A stretch of DNA of 64,000 nt from a virus: the IMG/VR virus record IMGVR_UViG_3300028042_000004; one strand, given 5' to 3'. The notes below the pieces were generated by a model. The model saw nothing but the letters and a program-made list of their open reading frames with translations. It did no database searches and was not told the origin of the DNA. Numbering within the stretch: position 1 is the stretch's first letter; the number at the start of each line of letters is the position of its first letter. This document shows, in pieces, positions 51,857 through 62,200 of this stretch. The position numbers were made by a program, and so were the translations under genes.

Positions 51857-54800
51857 TTATATTTTATACCTTGCTTTTACATCAAGAAGACCTCTTCTCA
51901 TTGCATCTGGATCCATACCTTGTTCCTCAATGAACTTATTTTTGAATTCATACACGCCTTTAAAGTCTCCCTTACTACTGGCAGCAACTATACCTGGCAT
52001 ATACTCTGTCTCATAAATATCATTCAAGGCAGTAAGCATGTTAAGTTCATCTCTGTACTTATCTTTAGCATTCTTTCCTACCATATCCTGTCCAATTCTA
52101 GCAAAAGCATTAAGCCTATTGCCCATAGATTTAGCATGGTAATTTCTACGATCTGTTTTAGCCTTAAGTCTAGCTTGAGCGCTCATCATATTATCCTGAT
52201 TAGCAGCCATAGTATTCTGGTTTTCTGCGTTTACTCTGGCAGCGTTGTTTCTATTCCTATTAGCTATTTCCATCTGTCTCTGTCTCTCAACAAAATCATT
52301 ATTTTTAACCATAAGTCTATTAACATTCTCCATACTTCTAGCGGACCCTTTTTGATCATATGCGTATTTAGCAAACGAGTCTGATGTACTTATCCCTGGA
52401 CGTCTTTGCGCAGCATTAACAGCATCACCAAATCCAGCCATCCCTTTAACTGGGGCTGTTTCTGATATAGCAGATGTAATTGGATTTCTAGTATAACTTT
52501 CCTCTAATATCTCATCCTGTCTCATAAAGTCAGAAGGCTTGATATTATTTAAAATTGCAGCTAAATCATCTGCCTTAGGATCCATTACTTTATATCCATG
52601 CTCTTTTCTAAGATTATTGTACTTATCTCTAATTGCAGCAAGTGCAGCAGCGTCTAATCTTTTTTGTTCTGCAAGTCTCTTAGCCTCAGCAAGTTCTGCA
52701 GCAGCTATCCCATCAAGTATCTCAACATCACCAGTGGTATCTGTTCTTAGTCCTTTTGGAGTATCAATAGATGTATCTATCTCAAACTCCTGTATAGGTC
52801 TTGGTTTTATAATAGTTCCCTGTACATAAGGTAATAAAGCAGCATCTATTGGTTTTTTAATACTCGGTACTTCTTTATACTTCTCTTTACCATTTACTAC
52901 TGTAGGTTCCATAGGACCATGAAAAGTTGGATCTGGAGAAGGCGTTACCCTCTCATGTAATGTAGGAGGACCACCTATAGCGGTTATTCCCATATCTTTC
53001 ATAAACGCCTGCTTATTCATACCTTTAGGAGAGTCACCATACCAGTGCTCTTCCATTGTGAATATAACTTCTGGCTGATTATCATAGTACCAATAAGGAG
53101 TTTCAGTAGCTGATATACTACCGTCATTATTTATATAAATAGCTCCTGTAGAAGACCCTCCCCCTGTAAATTTCTTAGCGTTCCTTTTACTTACTAGAGT
53201 AGGTTTAAATACTCCTCCTTGTCTTTTCTTTTTCACACCATTATATTTTATATATCGTATAGCATTTTGTCTCTGCTTTATACTTAATTTTCTCACATCT
53301 TTTTCGTCGTAACCTTCCAGCATAAGTAGATTTAAAGTAGCGTCATCAGTACTTGGGATATAGTGTTTCTTACCTTTCCCTACTATAGGCCAATCAGAAT
53401 TAGCTATAGACTTTAATGAAGCATAATTAGAAAAATGCTTTCTCGCTACAACATAACTTAATTTATCATCAATCCAATCACCAGTGTTATTAGGGTACCT
53501 TTTATACCATTTTCCACCACGTTTGTCCTGCTCTTTAGATATAGCAAGATCTATCTCTTTTGCCTCTTTATCTAGTTTAGTAATTTTTTTTCTAAATGCT
53601 GGCTTATCCCCAGTCTTTGCTGCTTTAAGATCCGCTTTAGCATCTTTCATCTTTCCTTTATTAATAGCCTTTTTATCTTCTATTTTTGAAAGTTTTTCTG
53701 CTTTAAATTCCTTATTCTTAGGCTTTAGTCCAGCATCTTTCCTTGCTTTCTCTATAATCCTTTCTCCTCGTCTTTTACCAAAAGCATCTGTAGTAAGATC
53801 ATCATAATCATCTGAAGCTATCTTAGCCTCGTCCGCATTGAAATCATCTCTTCTTTTACCTTTCTCCATCAATCTTTTTCTCTTACCAAAAGCTCTAGCA
53901 ATATCTTTACCTCTCTTATTAGTAGCAATTTTCATATCTTCTCCAGATATTACTTCTTTTTCTTTGTCGAAGCGCTCTTTCTCTTTTTTAATATCTTCGT
54001 CAGTCTTCTTTACTCTAGCATTACTTTCGTCTGCTATCTTCTTTGAGTCTCTTTTCTTCTTCTCTCTAAGTTTTTTCAAACTCTCTTCAGCAGCTTGCTT
54101 TTCTTTTACATTATCTTCTAGCCTCTTCTTCTTAATTTTCTCTGCCTTTTGTTGTTTTGGAGTAAGTTTTTTAGCTGGTTTTCTACCACCTCTCTGCACA
54201 CCAGTTCTTATAGCTCCTTTATTCTTTGTTATTAGGCTCTTCTTATTATTTTCAGCATTTTCATACAGTTCATTAAGTTCTTTATCTGCTATATCTTTAT
54301 CTTTAGATATTTTGTTTTTATTAGTCTCTAAATCTGCTAAGTTCTTTTTATGTGGCGCATCATCTACAGGAGTCTTTTTAACATAACTCTTCTTTGTACC
54401 AATGCTCAAATTCTTATCAGTATATTCTTTCTTTAGTTGCCCTGTAGATCTCTTTGCATCTTCAGCAGCTTTATGTGCTTTTGTAGTACGCTTAACCCCT
54501 TTACCAGCTCTAGCATTAGCAGTAGCACTACCAGCAAGACCAGCAACAGCAGTCACAACTCTAGTAATTTCTCTCCAATCATCAACAGACATCTCAGTTG
54601 GATTACTAGTAACCTTATCAAACAGCTCGTTCCACCTAGTACTAACAGCTACATCATAACCATTAAGTACCATAAGAGTTGACATACCTCTTCTGATTAT
54701 CTTCATTACTGAGGAACCTTTTCTCAACTTAGCTACAAGACTGAATGGTACAAAAGACACTGCCTCAGCGCCCTCTAATAACATTCTAGATCCAAAGTTT

Positions 54801-55738
54801 TTTGCTATGTCTAGATTTTCTTCTCCACTTAGATAATCACCGTAAGCTTCTGCTCCTGCAGAGAACAATCCTCCCACAAAAGAGACAATAGCTCCAGTAC
54901 CCATAGCACCTTTAGTAGCCATACCACCAACAGTTGTAACAACGTCAGCAGCAAATCCTCCAAGATACCATTTCTCAGCCTCACTTAATTCAAATTTAGC
55001 TATCTTTTTTAATGGCTCCAGTTCTTCTTCGTCCTCAACAAATTCAGGTCTAAGATTATCTACTATGGTCTCATGTATTTCTTCCTCTACTATTTCCTTA
55101 TCATCTTCGTCTGGTATAGTATCATTAGGTGCCTTACCATAAAATTTATTTACAACTTCTCTAACATCTAATAGACCGTTGATAGCATAATTCTTTTTAC
55201 CACCTTCTTCACTCTCTATCCAATATCTACCATCATCTGATCTAACTACCTTCATCCCACTATTCTGGGCATTAGCTAGTACATTTAGAGCTACATTATA
55301 TCTGTACTTAGTATCCTCATCCTCTCCAGAGCTGTCGATCATTTTTCGCATCTCCTCTGTATTAACATTAAGAACAGTAAGGTCTTCACCAGGACCTCCT
55401 TGCCAATCGTAATTAGATAGATCAAGAGTTTTAAAAGCTTTTCCTACAGCAGTATCTTTTACAGCATCATAAAAAGTAAAGTTATTAGCAAGATTATCTT
55501 GCACCATCTTTTTCTTTTCATCAGTAAAACTATAATCATCCATATTATCACTACGTGACGCTCTCATAAACTTATTAAACGTACCCTCAGCTGGTTTATC
55601 CACAGCAACAGAAGTACTAGGGATTGATACATCATATTTTGTACCTATCTTAGTATCTACTCCTATTTGAAATGGAGTTTGTGCAGGAGTAACAGCTGGT
55701 GTTTCTGGTACTACAGTCTTTTTTTCTATTAAAGCCAT
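51857..55738 (-). CDS. putative virion cargo/ejection protein
   Basis: 1293 aa, Cys-free; Gly/Ala-rich hydrophobic hairpin, long Lys/Arg-rich middle, tandem KRQGG/KFTGGG motifs, Asn/Gln/Ala-rich coiled C-terminus. Confidence 0.6.
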   Translation of the reverse strand: MALIEKKTVVPETPAVTPAQTPFQIGVDTKIGTKYDVSIPSTSVAVDKPAEGTFNKFMRASRSDNMDDYSFTDEKKKMVQDNLANNFTFYDAVKDTAVGKAFKTLDLSNYDWQGGPGEDLTVLNVNTEEMRKMIDSSGEDEDTKYRYNVALNVLANAQNSGMKVVRSDDGRYWIESEEGGKKNYAINGLLDVREVVNKFYGKAPNDTIPDEDDKEIVEEEIHETIVDNLRPEFVEDEEELEPLKKIAKFELSEAEKWYLGGFAADVVTTVGGMATKGAMGTGAIVSFVGGLFSAGAEAYGDYLSGEENLDIAKNFGSRMLLEGAEAVSFVPFSLVAKLRKGSSVMKIIRRGMSTLMVLNGYDVAVSTRWNELFDKVTSNPTEMSVDDWREITRVVTAVAGLAGSATANARAGKGVKRTTKAHKAAEDAKRSTGQLKKEYTDKNLSIGTKKSYVKKTPVDDAPHKKNLADLETNKNKISKDKDIADKELNELYENAENNKKSLITKNKGAIRTGVQRGGRKPAKKLTPKQQKAEKIKKKRLEDNVKEKQAAEESLKKLREKKKRDSKKIADESNARVKKTDEDIKKEKERFDKEKEVISGEDMKIATNKRGKDIARAFGKRKRLMEKGKRRDDFNADEAKIASDDYDDLTTDAFGKRRGERIIEKARKDAGLKPKNKEFKAEKLSKIEDKKAINKGKMKDAKADLKAAKTGDKPAFRKKITKLDKEAKEIDLAISKEQDKRGGKWYKRYPNNTGDWIDDKLSYVVARKHFSNYASLKSIANSDWPIVGKGKKHYIPSTDDATLNLLMLEGYDEKDVRKLSIKQRQNAIRYIKYNGVKKKRQGGVFKPTLVSKRNAKKFTGGGSSTGAIYINNDGSISATETPYWYYDNQPEVIFTMEEHWYGDSPKGMNKQAFMKDMGITAIGGPPTLHERVTPSPDPTFHGPMEPTVVNGKEKYKEVPSIKKPIDAALLPYVQGTIIKPRPIQEFEIDTSIDTPKGLRTDTTGDVEILDGIAAAELAEAKRLAEQKRLDAAALAAIRDKYNNLRKEHGYKVMDPKADDLAAILNNIKPSDFMRQDEILEESYTRNPITSAISETAPVKGMAGFGDAVNAAQRRPGISTSDSFAKYAYDQKGSARSMENVNRLMVKNNDFVERQRQMEIANRNRNNAARVNAENQNTMAANQDNMMSAQARLKAKTDRRNYHAKSMGNRLNAFARIGQDMVGKNAKDKYRDELNMLTALNDIYETEYMPGIVAASSKGDFKGVYEFKNKFIEEQGMDPDAMRRGLLDVKARYKI

Positions 55739-55759
55739 ATCGATTATTTATAATTAAAC

Positions 55760-55797
55760 ACAAAATCCCCTAACTCAACGCATTGTGAGAAGGGGTG
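55760..55797 (-). terminator. imperfect hairpin, possible weak terminator or RNA-stabilising stem after the 117-aa gene
   Basis: Minus strand CCCCTTCTCA-CAATGCGT-TGAGTTAGGGG-ATTTTG. Confidence 0.45.
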
Positions 55798-55822
55798 AGT
55801 TGTATTAAAGAATTAGTTTGTT

Positions 55823-56176
55823 TTATGCTTTCCCTATGAAAGACCCACCTTTTCTAAAAACTGGTGTTCCTCCCTCAGCAGGTGCTCCTTCTGGTGGTGC
55901 TCCTCCTTCAGCAGGTGCTCCTCCTCCACCGCCCATAGCAGCAGCTTGTTCCATAATCATTGGTGCAAGAGCCATTCCTAACTCCATAGCAGCTTGTTGA
56001 TCTCCTTGTGTAGCAGCTTCAGCTAAAGCAATCAATTGCTCTTCTTGGCCTCCGCCTCCGCCTTCTGGTGCTCCTCCTGCCTCTGGTGCAGCTGGTGCCA
56101 TTTCCTCTGGTGGCATTGCTCCACCCTCTTGAAATTTTAATGTATTTCTCTTACCGTATTTACTAAGATATCCCAT
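55823..56176 (-). CDS. small Pro/Ala/Gly/Glu-rich putative internal virion protein
   Basis: 117 aa; KFQEGG at the N-terminus and FRKGG at the C-terminus flank a short helical core and low-complexity arms. Confidence 0.65.
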   Translation of the reverse strand: MGYLSKYGKRNTLKFQEGGAMPPEEMAPAAPEAGGAPEGGGGGQEEQLIALAEAATQGDQQAAMELGMALAPMIMEQAAAMGGGGGAPAEGGAPPEGAPAEGGTPVFRKGGSFIGKA

Positions 56177-56221
56177 ATCCTTATTTTTTAAATATTATTA
56201 ATTAATTCAACTCTTTGTAGT

Positions 56222-56234
56222 ATATAATACTAAA
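56222..56234 (-). promoter_or_regulatory. putative phage late promoter motif TTTAGTATTATAT, copy 2
   Basis: Identical to 51786-51798; 45 nt upstream of the 117-aa gene ATG. Confidence 0.5.
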
Positions 56235-56240
56235 TTTATT

Positions 56241-57404
56241 TTACTTTATAAGGCTTCCAGTAAAAAATAATCTTGATGGATCATTCTCACTATCACCATA
56301 GTTAAGTTTTGACTTCTGTGTTGCTGGGTCATAATCAGCAATAGAATACTTTATGTGTGGTGCACTAACACTACCAGTGACATCATTATCTTCTATTAAC
56401 ACATCGCCACGCTTAACAGTCTTACCCATATATTTAGTTCTATTATTATAAAAACTCATAGGTAAGTGCATCATTCTCACTATCTTATTAGGATCCTCAT
56501 CAAGTTGAACGTAGATATATACTCCACCTTTCTGTCCTTGAGATGTGGATATTTTTTTACCATCGCCGTCTAATGCTATATTAACAATCTTACCATTAGC
56601 TATCACCATTGGATAATCTATTGGTCTATTGTTTTTAAACAGTCTTAAATCTATTCCTTTAGAATGTTGCCCTTTTCTATCTTTCCACTGTCTTATTTTG
56701 AATCCTTCACCAATCCTCATCTGGTAGTCTCCCATTTGAACATTCTGCTTTTCGTACGCTAATGGATTCTCTGGCATAGCTATAGTAGATAGACTTACAT
56801 TTTTAAAAGTCTTGTCCATAACTGTATTTACTACGCCTGATTCTTTCTCTTTCTCATCCGCCACTAACTTAGCTGCCCTTTCTTCATTATACTTATTAAC
56901 CTTAGTTGCAAGAGCAATAGGGTCAAAATCAAACTTAGTATCTCTTTCTTCTGATTCGTTGTCAGTATCACTGCTCTCAGGCTGTTTTGTGGCTGGTGCT
57001 TGTGTAGGAGTGTTGACTTTAGCAGACTTATTTATTTGTTCTGCTAGCTTATTCACAGCTCTCTGTGTATTAGTTGATAGCCCTTCGTACATCTTATTAC
57101 TCTTAGCTAACTTCTTTTGTAAATTTTTTATATCTGAATTATTGGAAGACTTCATATTAGCCATCTGCTTACTATAGGCGCTATCAAGTTTAGCTAACTT
57201 CTTATCATATGCTTTTTGCGCAGACTCTAACATCTTTTGATAATTTTGCCCATTACCATCAGATTGCTTAGCAGCCTCTCTAGGTATAAGACTTGAGGCC
57301 ATATCTCTGTTACCTTTCTTAATAGACTCATGGAACTCTCCGCTCCTAGAGTAACTCTTCTTAAGGTTACTATACGCTCTTTTATTTAGTTTTGATACTC
57401 CCAT
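56241..57404 (-). CDS. coiled-coil protein with C-terminal M23 peptidase-like domain (Zn ligands atypical)
   Basis: HSKGIDL...ANGKIV...GGVYIYV...MHL...VKRGD...TGSVSAPHIKY follows the M23/LytM pattern. Confidence 0.7.
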   Translation of the reverse strand: MGVSKLNKRAYSNLKKSYSRSGEFHESIKKGNRDMASSLIPREAAKQSDGNGQNYQKMLESAQKAYDKKLAKLDSAYSKQMANMKSSNNSDIKNLQKKLAKSNKMYEGLSTNTQRAVNKLAEQINKSAKVNTPTQAPATKQPESSDTDNESEERDTKFDFDPIALATKVNKYNEERAAKLVADEKEKESGVVNTVMDKTFKNVSLSTIAMPENPLAYEKQNVQMGDYQMRIGEGFKIRQWKDRKGQHSKGIDLRLFKNNRPIDYPMVIANGKIVNIALDGDGKKISTSQGQKGGVYIYVQLDEDPNKIVRMMHLPMSFYNNRTKYMGKTVKRGDVLIEDNDVTGSVSAPHIKYSIADYDPATQKSKLNYGDSENDPSRLFFTGSLIK

Positions 57405-58048
57405 TAATCAACATACTCAGGTTTTTGTGTATCCTGTATTTTAATTATCTTAGACATAAGCTTCCCAAGGGCCTCTGGCTCAAGGTCACCACTTTTAACT
57501 TTAGCAGCAAGCCTCATAAGGTCTTCAGTATGTTTTATAGAGAAGATACGTTCACCTCCGTCTATATTCATAAGCACAGTTCCCTTATCATCTAGTACAT
57601 GCATCTTACCAGGAAGTGCTTTCACTCCCTCCTCCACAAGTTGAAAGGATCCTCCTTGCTCAAACTTAGGATTAGCAACAGTAATGTTCTGTACATCCTC
57701 ATTGACAACAGGCTTTTTAAGGCTCACATATTCATCTAATAATAATACCCCTTCTCCTCTGTTTACCTCTAATACATACTTGATATCATTGAAAGTAACT
57801 TCATGCTTTCCTGGATGCATTGTTTCAACAGCTGTAACTTTCTTCTTACTATCAATGAACAACATATCAAGAGGAAACTCCATCTCAAACATATTCATAG
57901 TAACCCTTTGAGACTCACCGAAATCAAATATCATTCCATGGCCCTTCTTGAGTTCTTTATGTTCAGATAGCCCTATACTCATAGCTTTGGCATCTTTAAC
58001 CACTTCTACTTTAAATGGTGTATCTCCTACATATATTGTTCTAGTCAT
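57404..58048 (-). CDS. DUF192-like domain protein with a C-terminal domain shared with the 401-aa protein
   Basis: FKVEVV...IGLSEHKEL...GMIFDF...MFEMEFPLDMLFID...YVLEVNRG; then KFEQGG and an IDGGERIF domain. Confidence 0.7.
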   Translation of the reverse strand: MTRTIYVGDTPFKVEVVKDAKAMSIGLSEHKELKKGHGMIFDFGESQRVTMNMFEMEFPLDMLFIDSKKKVTAVETMHPGKHEVTFNDIKYVLEVNRGEGVLLLDEYVSLKKPVVNEDVQNITVANPKFEQGGSFQLVEEGVKALPGKMHVLDDKGTVLMNIDGGERIFSIKHTEDLMRLAAKVKSGDLEPEALGKLMSKIIKIQDTQKPEYVD

Positions 58049-58049
58049 A

Positions 58050-59255
58050 TTAAGTCATTTTATCAAGTTCTTTAAACTTCTCTGTATAAGAGTGGGTATT
58101 GTCTATAAGCTGTGTAGCAAGAAATGAACCAAGCTCTTTTACTTTACCACCTTTAGCAAGCTCTTCAATTCTCTTAGTAACATCTAAGGTTGTGATTAGC
58201 TCTTCTTTTTCTATCTCATACTTTTTTTCGCAGCTGGTCTTTTGTGCATTACATTTAACCACTGGCATACCTTTATCACCCAAACTATTCTCTTCTTCAT
58301 GAAGTACACCGTTTGGTATAATGTTAACTGTATCAGCTAATTGTCCTCCTTTTCTAAAAATCAGAAGTTTTTTTTTACCTTGTACCTTAATGTCTAAAAG
58401 ATCAGCTGCAGATAAAACTCCTCCTAACTTATTAGAAGCATATCCATTAGAGTAGTATCCAGCATTAGCATTTCTATTATCGCTATACGGAGTTCCACCA
58501 CTTCTGGCATTAGCCTTATCTCTATTTACTAAATCAGCCATACCACTAGACATATTACGTTGATCAGCAGCTTTAGCTAGTTGACTTTTCTTTTGATTAG
58601 ACGCTTTCTTGTTCTTACTATTACTAATAAGACCTGTAACAAGACCAACAGCAGCTCCTACAGCTATACCTATTGGGTTTAAAGTTGCAGCGCCCCCTAA
58701 GGCTCCCATAGCAACACTCATACCAATTGATTTAGCAGCAGTACCTTTTGTATGCTCCCCTTCAAAAGAAGTACTTGCAGCTTGTTCTTGTACAGCTTCG
58801 TTTGCCATACCTGCTCCAGCACTAATAGCAGCACCAGTAGCTTTACCAGCGTCCGTCTTCATATATGATTGAACCTTTCCTTGCCCATTTTGATTTGGTG
58901 GTGGTTGTGGTGGCTTTTGTGATGGAGGTGTAGCAGATTGCTTCTTCCCCATAGCATCGTTTGCACCATACACCCCTTTGTCTCCATAAGGATTCATGCC
59001 AGCAGAGAACTTTCCATTGCCCTGCTTATATCTGTCTGGTGATCCACCAAAATTATCTGCTTTGATTGGTGCAAATGTACCTGCATCACTCATACCAGCA
59101 TTCTGGTCTTGACCAGTTGGTGTGTAACCATACCCTGAACTAGCTTTACCATTTCCATAATAAAGATCACTATCCATAGGAATAAGTGTTCCAACACCTC
59201 CAGTAGTCTTATCTCCTGCCTGTGCTTTTTTTGGTCTTTTACTGTAATATAACAT
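58050..59255 (-). CDS. putative virion cargo protein with Gly/Ala-rich membrane-like segment
   Basis: IGMSVAMGALGGAATLNPIGIAVGAAVGLVTGLI hydrophobic stretch; KLGG and FRKGG motifs; C-terminal EIEKEELI domain. Confidence 0.6.
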   Translation of the reverse strand: MLYYSKRPKKAQAGDKTTGGVGTLIPMDSDLYYGNGKASSGYGYTPTGQDQNAGMSDAGTFAPIKADNFGGSPDRYKQGNGKFSAGMNPYGDKGVYGANDAMGKKQSATPPSQKPPQPPPNQNGQGKVQSYMKTDAGKATGAAISAGAGMANEAVQEQAASTSFEGEHTKGTAAKSIGMSVAMGALGGAATLNPIGIAVGAAVGLVTGLISNSKNKKASNQKKSQLAKAADQRNMSSGMADLVNRDKANARSGGTPYSDNRNANAGYYSNGYASNKLGGVLSAADLLDIKVQGKKKLLIFRKGGQLADTVNIIPNGVLHEEENSLGDKGMPVVKCNAQKTSCEKKYEIEKEELITTLDVTKRIEELAKGGKVKELGSFLATQLIDNTHSYTEKFKELDKMT

Positions 59256-59281
59256 AATTTATTTTTTTTTATTATTATTTA

Positions 59282-62200
59282 TTAAGGGCAATTACCTGGA
59301 TATATCCTATGTGCCTCTACTATTTCTCCTTTATCAAATTTAACAGCAACAGCCTCTCCTCTATTTTCAGTAGGTACATTTTTTTCTATATCAGTTTCAT
59401 GCATTATTACATAATATTTTGAATCATCTATATTTGATGTGTACCCAAAGACTCTAGACCCAACTGCAGATACAAAACGTCTACCAATTACTGGGTAAGT
59501 TCCTATAGTACTTTCAACTCTAGTAAACATATGCTGATCATCTGTGTCCCAACTATCACAAGCATCAGCAAGTGTAGTAGAAGGGAATCTAGACATACCA
59601 ACTTCGAATAAAGGCTGTACCCAATCAGTCCCGTCATAATATTTCCAACTTCCTACATAAGCTGCTGGATAATGACTTAGTCTCATATTCATAGAGCTTG
59701 TTATATTAGTATATTCAGGAGGAATACCTACCCCGTCAACACCTGAAGTATCTCCACTTGATTGACTAAATGCTGTTCTTGCTCCTTTAGATACATATAA
59801 ACTGTCAACATCGTTTACATTATCAAAATAATACTCATTATATTGATCAAATTTCATTTTCTCAAAAAATGATACAGAAGGCCTATTTACTCTTGTACGA
59901 ATCCAAGTGACTCCGTCTGGTTGTCTATTAGTTTCATAGTAACTATTTAAATCCATAGAACACCCATCGCCGTAGAAAATATTATCTGTAACTATATTAG
60001 TAACCCATCTATCTCCTAGTGTTCCTGGAGCGGCTGGTGTCCCAAGAAGGCCATCGATATCTTGTTCTGTAAATGTGTCTCTAGGACTATTAGGGTTATA
60101 TGGGTGCCATACAGTATAGTATGTACTAATAGATGATGATCCCCCATCTTCCCCACGAATTTGGTAAACAGCCCACTGTGCAGCAGGTCCCTCACTCCAG
60201 TTCTTTTGTGCAATCCAGAAAGCGTTTCCTGCAACATCATCTGGATCCTCTTCCCACCCAGTAGGATCTATATCAGGGTTTGCTGGTTTAATACCTGCCT
60301 GTCCATCGGCTGGGCTTCCATCTCCTCTATGATATTTATAATCCATACCAGCTGTATCTCTAAGTAAACTAGATTTCCCCCAATTCAGCGCATGTGACGA
60401 TCCACTAACACATAAATTGTCATTACTATTAAATACACCTTGAAGCATCCAAACTCTTTCTGTAGAATCTGTCTGTGGTATACCGTCCTCCAACTTAAAG
60501 TAAGGATCAGCATTATTTTCTGTATATAAATCACCATCAATTAAGACACCTCCACCCATATTAACAGTGAAACCATCTGCCGAGTTACCATCAAGACATC
60601 CTCCGACAGCATCGAAAGGACTTAAATCTATAGGTAATCCTCCGCCATCAAATACAGGCTTTTTAATGAATATAGTACTAGGAATATAGGCATATGCAGG
60701 ATCTCCTTTTTGCCCAGGATTTCCATCCTCACCAAAAACTTTTACATAAACCCACTCAGTCCAAACTCTTCCGTTTGCATCTGGTGTAAGTGATGTATCT
60801 CCAGTATTCCATGGTCTATAGTAAGCTGTAGCCATCCAGATCACAGATCCAGTAGCAGCAACAGTATCATCTATCCATCCTGTACCACTAAGGTTAAGGA
60901 CAGTATCATTATTTGATAGATATGTTCTAATATATTGAAGATCAGTATATGTATCTGATTCATTCCATACAGCCCAATATCCAGCATTTGCTCCCTCAGC
61001 ACCATCAATCATTATTGGGGTAGACCATTTAATTGTGCCAATAATATCTCCAGCAGCTGTTCTGCTATAAGATGTAGTTGACATCCATAATCTATCTCCA
61101 GAAGCCGCACTTATCTCAGGTGGGGCATCATACCATGGTGGTGTTGAAATATTTTCTTTTGTTGTACCATCTATTGGTTTAGTTGGTCCAGTAACAGGTG
61201 GCACAGCATTTGGATTTGGTGGCGGTGCAGCAGAGAAAATATTGTAATAGTTCTCTCCTCCATCTCCTTTACCAAAAGGAACACCAAGGGTCCATCCAAC
61301 ATCATTACAGCCAGTAGCTGAAGGATCTGTTGTTTTAAAGTATAGATTACTAGTATCTGAATCAAGATAGGCAAATCCCTTATCTTCTGTACAATACATA
61401 TCAGGTGTAGGTGCTCCACTTCCCTGGTCATTAATAGAGAAACTAGCCCCTTCTTCACCTTTCTCACCTTTTACTCTCATAAACTGCCATGCAGACCATG
61501 CTCCTTTTCTGAAGTAGGTATTAGCCATCCATACAGATGTTCCTGTGGCAGAGTCATACCACTCAGAGTTTATAGGAAGGGTGATTGTATCATTATCATT
61601 ATCTATAATAGTATCTGCAGTAGGTAAGTACGGCAAATCATTTTCTAATATTGTGTTATTATCCGTCCATACGCTCCATATACCAGCCTCATCTCCTTCA
61701 GCTCCATCAAGCTCAACTGGAGTTGTCCAGTTAGTATTTGGGCTATTCAGGTCAACAGATACTTCAATGAAGTAAAGTCTCTCTGTAGGTATTGGTGGAG
61801 GTGTTCCTATAGTAGGTGGTGCATCACTCCATACTGTATTATCTCCAGCAGGATCTGCATTGACAAGTGCAGCCGCTTCAGTACCAGTAGTAAAATCTGT
61901 ACCATCCATATAAGGAATAGCAGTAGTAACTCCAGCAGGTGTTGCCGCAGCTCTAGCAAATAAATTTATTTTATAAGGTGGCTTTTCTCCTCCTATTTGT
62001 GATACTTGCCATGCATCCCATGTACCAGACGCGTTCAGATATGAAATCTGTGCCATCCATCTAGGCTGGTCTTTGGCAGGATCATTAGGATCGATATCAT
62101 CAAACCAAGCTTGATTTGGGTCAGCTACCCATGAATCAGCTCCAGCCCCATCCTTTGTAGGTTTATTAGTAGGAACAGCAGGCATTGCTTGCCCCTCACT

